NCBI GenBank assembly: GCA_963801355.1
Contig: CAWDEM010000004.1
Location: 480,001 to 544,000, forward strand
Origin: Ignavibacteriota bacterium
Lineage (GTDB): Bacteria > Bacteroidota > Ignavibacteria > UBA10030 > UBA6906
Reading direction: 5' to 3'
DNA: 64,000 bases
A program made the translations under genes and the position numbers. The notes beneath the pieces were generated by a model. It did no database searches. It saw only the letters and a list, made by a program, of their open reading frames with translations, and had not been told where the DNA came from. Below, in pieces: positions 60,338-64,000 of this stretch; within the stretch, counting starts at the first letter, position 1, and each line of letters begins with the position of its first letter.

Positions 60338-61157
60338 CGCGATCCGGAAGATAGTGCGATACGCTCTCCTGACCTCCATAGGTGCGGTCATGGTGGGTCC
60401 GTTCCTCTGGATGGTGTCGACATCAATGATGGACCAGCAGGACATCTTCCGTGTTCCACCGCTGTGGATCCCGGATCGGATTCATCTGAGAAACTATCGC
60501 GCGATCATGGAGGTCCTGCCGCTGGGGACATTGCTCGTGAACAGCTTCACGATTGCCGTCAGTGCGACCATTGGCCAGCTCTGCAGTTGTACGCTGGCGG
60601 CGTACGCATTCGCGCGGATGAAATTCCGGGGGAACGGAGTTCTGTACTTCGTTCTTCTTGCAACAATGATGATCCCGGCGCAGGTCACAATGATCCCGGC
60701 ATTTCTGATCATGAAGTCCCTCGGATTGATCGACACACTGTACGCGCTGATTGTGCCGGCATTTTTCGGCGGTGCGTTCGGGACTTTTCTGTTACGGCAG
60801 TTCTTCTCCACGATCCCGACGGATCTGGAGGATGCCGCGCGCATGGACGGATGCGGGCGCTTCAGGATTCTCTGGTCGATCGTTCTTCCGCTCTCCAAAC
60901 CCGCTCTGGCAACACTTGCCCTCTTCACATTCATGACCTACTGGAACGATCTCCTGGGGCCGGTGATTTACCTGTCGAGTGTGGAGAACGCAACATTGAC
61001 CATGGGGCTGGCAAACCTTCAATCGGGCGTTATGGTGACGAGATATGATTTGCTCATGGCAGGATCAGTCCTGAGTGTCCTGCCGATTCTCCTGCTCCTG
61101 ATCATCGGGCAGCGTTGGTTCGTGAAGGGAATTGCCACAACGGGGTTGAAGGAGTGA
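60330..61157 (+). CDS. carbohydrate ABC transporter permease
   Basis: LEDAARMDGC...IVLPLSKP, WND motif. Confidence 0.92.
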   Translation: MDSAIRKIVRYALLTSIGAVMVGPFLWMVSTSMMDQQDIFRVPPLWIPDRIHLRNYRAIMEVLPLGTLLVNSFTIAVSATIGQLCSCTLAAYAFARMKFRGNGVLYFVLLATMMIPAQVTMIPAFLIMKSLGLIDTLYALIVPAFFGGAFGTFLLRQFFSTIPTDLEDAARMDGCGRFRILWSIVLPLSKPALATLALFTFMTYWNDLLGPVIYLSSVENATLTMGLANLQSGVMVTRYDLLMAGSVLSVLPILLLLIIGQRWFVKGIATTGLKE

Positions 61158-61213
61158 GGGATGCAAGAAGGCCGCTGCGTGGGATTGAGTGTAAGGATTG
61201 TGAAGGGAAATCC

Positions 61214-61242
61214 TTGCGACAAAAACAAGAAAATCGTATATT
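61214..61242 (+). promoter_or_regulatory. tRNA operon promoter
   Basis: TTGCGA-N17-TATATT. Confidence 0.55.
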
Positions 61243-61294
61243 TACGACGTTTTGTGTGCAGGTATGATCCCGTCGGTTGGCGTGGTCGCTGGAC

Positions 61295-61368
61295 GGCCCC
61301 GTAGCTCAACTGGATAGAGCAACAGCCTTCTAAGCTGTAGGTTCCGCGTTCAAGTCGCGGCGGGGTCA
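61295..61368 (+). tRNA. tRNA-Arg(TCT)
   Basis: GGCCCCG/CGGGGTC acceptor stem; anticodon arm ACAGC-CT-TCT-AA-GCTGT; T-loop TTCAAGT; CCA not encoded. Confidence 0.95.
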
Positions 61369-61414
61369 CGAAGATTGAACAGAGATGAGCCGGACTTTAA
61401 CCGGGCTCCATCTT

Positions 61415-61487
61415 GCCCCCATCGTCTAGAGGCCTAGGACACGAGCTTTTCAAGCTTGGAACATGGGTTCGAATCCCGTTGGGGGCA
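61415..61487 (+). tRNA. tRNA-Glu(TTC)
   Basis: GCCCCCA/TGGGGGC acceptor stem; anticodon arm CGAGC-TT-TTC-AA-GCTTG; GGTTCGAATCC. Confidence 0.95.
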
Positions 61488-61887
61488 CACTCACTAGGTG
61501 TGTTCGGCCTTTCAGAATAATCTCTTCAACGATTTTCCTCGCCGACCCGGGCATTGCCAGCAAGTAGCGCTTAGCGACTTCCTCCAATTTGACTCCCTTT
61601 TCGGCCAGAGTCATCAGTGAGGAAATTTGGTTGTTGAGTCGAAGGAACGCAGTCTGTTGACATATCCAGTATCGGTGTACGTCCTACGCTTGTGCCTCCT
61701 ACCCGGAGGGCCGATGGTTTGAGTGCTCCCAGAGAAATTGAAATTGCAGTGAGGGCAACTCATGAGGCCTGAAGGGGGATAGGGGCTCTAGCTTGTAGAG
61801 GTACCTGCACCAAGCTTCTTATCAAGCAACACCGCCTTGGCGAGCAAAAAGTTCGAGGAAGGCGGGCGGTGTGTAAGCACGGGCATG

Positions 61888-63225
61888 TCAACCCACCTTT
61901 AGCTTTTTGGCTATATCCTCGTCCGGGAGGAATACATAGGTCCGTCCCTCCTTCACGGTCTTGAAGAATCCCCTTTTTTCCAGGTCAAATAGATCTGTCC
62001 TAGCAGTCTGATAGACAATTCCATGGGTATTCATGTGTCTGCGAATGGTATAGGTGGTGTCCGGATGTCTCAAGGCGTGCTGCAAGATTTCCACTTGGCG
62101 GTGGTTCAACCCGGGAACCCTGCGCAGCTGCGATTTCGCCTTCTTGAATTCGCCCTGTTTCCTCCCGATGTATAGGTTCAGGTCTTCTATTGCCAGACGA
62201 AGAGTCCTAACGTGAAAGGAAACAAAATATGTCAAATCTCCGCTGTCTGTCTGCGAGAATCGGAAAGCTCTCATATACTTCGAGGGGGCTTTGAGAATGA
62301 TCCTGGATATCGGCAAAAACTCCATCAGCCAATATTTCTGTTTGAGCATGAACCAGTAGAAAAGGGCTCTTGCTGTTCTCCCGTTTCCATCCACGAAAGG
62401 ATGTTCGTACGCCAGCCAAAAATGCAAGATGATAGCCTTAACAACCGGGTGTATGAATGTCGATTCTGGGGTTTCATTGGCAAATTTGCAGAGTAGTTTG
62501 ACTCTCCGATCGAGTTCACTTGCCGGCGGAGGTGTATGCAGTATTTGACCATCCGTCATGTCAACGACATGAACCTCTTCAGCGGCCCTCCTAAAGCGTC
62601 CTGCAGCACTTGCGTCCTCAAGCGTACCGGCAGCCATGGAGGCCTGCAGCTCGCATAGCATTTCAGTCGATAATTCGTGGTCAGCCAGCTCCTTTACCAT
62701 TCTCATGGTACTGTAATTATTGAGTACCATCTGTTCGCCTCTATTGCGCGGCTTTCGTTGCTGCCGCAACATCTCCTTCGCTTTCTTTCGGGTGGTCGCA
62801 GCACCTTCAAGTATGCTCGATGCAATTGCCTCTTCCATCAACGAGTTCAATATGTACCTGTCTCGATCCGTTGGTCCTGCGATCGGTTCGTCTATCAAGA
62901 TCTGACCCGTTGCGTTCTGATCTATCAAGTGCAATTCTCGTTGAATGCCATTTGGCAACCAGTAGCCGAATGAAGCCCCATCCATGCTCACTAGCCCAAC
63001 AGGTCTTTTCTGGCCAAACCTTGACATCTTCAGCAACGACCAGCCCATCTCAGGTGTTATGCCTTTTGGCATTGGACGGAACCGAAAATCGTCCCAATGC
63101 AAGTACTTCTCATTGGATCGCTGTATTAGGTTCTTGGTTTCCTCTTGTGAGAGCAATGCAACAATTCTCTGAGGATCACTAAGGAAGATCTTGGTAAAAT
63201 CAGGTGGTATCGCTACGGGTTTCAT
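61888..63225 (-). CDS. Fic family protein with C-terminal wHTH
   Basis: HPFVDGNGRTAR; inhibitory SSILEG; TARTDLFDLEKRG. Confidence 0.92.
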   Translation of the reverse strand: MKPVAIPPDFTKIFLSDPQRIVALLSQEETKNLIQRSNEKYLHWDDFRFRPMPKGITPEMGWSLLKMSRFGQKRPVGLVSMDGASFGYWLPNGIQRELHLIDQNATGQILIDEPIAGPTDRDRYILNSLMEEAIASSILEGAATTRKKAKEMLRQQRKPRNRGEQMVLNNYSTMRMVKELADHELSTEMLCELQASMAAGTLEDASAAGRFRRAAEEVHVVDMTDGQILHTPPPASELDRRVKLLCKFANETPESTFIHPVVKAIILHFWLAYEHPFVDGNGRTARALFYWFMLKQKYWLMEFLPISRIILKAPSKYMRAFRFSQTDSGDLTYFVSFHVRTLRLAIEDLNLYIGRKQGEFKKAKSQLRRVPGLNHRQVEILQHALRHPDTTYTIRRHMNTHGIVYQTARTDLFDLEKRGFFKTVKEGRTYVFLPDEDIAKKLKVG

Positions 63226-63237
63226 GGGTATTGTGAG

Positions 63238-63310
63238 TTTTATACTAATCTATTCTAGATTAGTATAAAAGTCAATACTAATTTAGCATTGATTAGCATC
63301 GATTAGCATA
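63238..63310 (-). promoter_or_regulatory. Fic promoter overlapped by a perfect 15-bp inverted repeat
   Basis: TTTTATACTAATCTA-ttc-TAGATTAGTATAAAA overlapping TTGACT-N17-TAGATT (minus strand); three 10-bp-spaced TTAGCAT repeats upstream. Confidence 0.7.
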
Positions 63311-63679
63311 GGTTGGGCTCAGTGATCTCCCCACTTGCGCCTCAATCCAGCCAAACAAATACTGGTTGATCCTGATGTAATGCTTGAGCATCAAATCCGG
63401 CTACACGCTACTGGATCCAGAACCTTGGGTTTAGACAGCGACCGTTTTCGCAATACAGCCTCACGGGCACAGCCCGCTTTTCACCATCCAAACCGCCTTG
63501 AACACTCCGAGGTCGTACAAATCACACAGATATCTCAATACACTCTCACAGACCCATCTCAGAACACCCATTCACCTCATGTCCCGTTGGAAACGCGAAG
63601 GGCCCGGTGATGAATGCCGAGCCCTCTATTTACCGCTTCAGTTGCGATCGTGCTATTTTTGGGTTAGTATCAGCTGATA

Positions 63680-64000
63680 CTATTTCAGAAGGAGTAATTT
63701 GCGCGTCTGGACGAAGTCGCCCGCTCCGCTCTTGGAGTCACGCCCGATGGCGGAGTCCAGAGGGCGGACCTGCAGTTGGTAAAAATACACTCCACTCGCA
63801 AGATTTGACCCGTCGAACTTGACCTCGTGAACCCCCGCATCCCTCCTCTCATTTACGAGCACAGTAACCTCTCGACCAAGCAAATCATAGACGCTCAACC
63901 TTACCTCCGTAGACTTCGGCATCTCATACCGGATCGTGGTGTTGGGATTGAAGGGGTTGGGGTAGTTCTGCTTCAAAACGAACCTGATCGGGTGTGTACC
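63680..64000 (-). CDS. 3' end of a protein with T9SS type-A C-terminal sorting domain (runs off the window)
   Basis: QNYPNPFNPNTTIRY...VYDLLGREV...LASGVYFYQL...TRKLLLLK. Confidence 0.9.
   Translation of the reverse strand, partial: GTHPIRFVLKQNYPNPFNPNTTIRYEMPKSTEVRLSVYDLLGREVTVLVNERRDAGVHEVKFDGSNLASGVYFYQLQVRPLDSAIGRDSKSGAGDFVQTRKLLLLK

Noticed and set aside
61488-63680. Island integrated at tRNA-Glu carrying the Fic gene
   Set aside because: No integrase and no duplicated tRNA-Glu 3' end is visible within the window.

Overview
The window looks like chromosomal DNA from an Ignavibacteria/FCB-group bacterium. The main clue is a T9SS-type C-terminal sorting domain at the right edge; sigma70-like TTGACA-N17-TAGATT promoters are consistent with this. 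The left ~49 kb is a stack of islands separated by three identical 43-bp copies of a tRNA-Pro(TGG) 3' end (21537, 42213, 47449). Island 1 (to 21.6 kb) has a phage-like replication/recombination module (AEP primase-helicase, Sak4-like ATPase, SSB-like, Gam/Gp157-like), RadC, a type I R-M locus with three inserted genes, an HNH nuclease and an orphan TIR gene with attC-like flanks. Island 2 (22-42 kb) holds the most striking feature, a tightly coupled cluster. It encodes a split and a full-length TEP1/NWD1-like DUF4062(TIR-like)-STAND-WD40 receptor, a ClpB-like AAA+ ATPase with RyR domains, a SLOG protein, a 2TM RCK-RyR channel-like protein, a Zn-ribbon protein and a membrane-anchored TPR protein, and is a candidate undescribed immune/signalling system. 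Island 3 has an AEP-TOTE/SF2 helicase and an AbiE-like pair. After that come a Fic gene, a GH3 plus carbohydrate-ABC catabolic cluster, tRNA-Arg(TCT), tRNA-Glu(TTC), a second Fic gene and a truncated T9SS-CTD gene. All family calls come from motif recognition by eye; no database searches were run.
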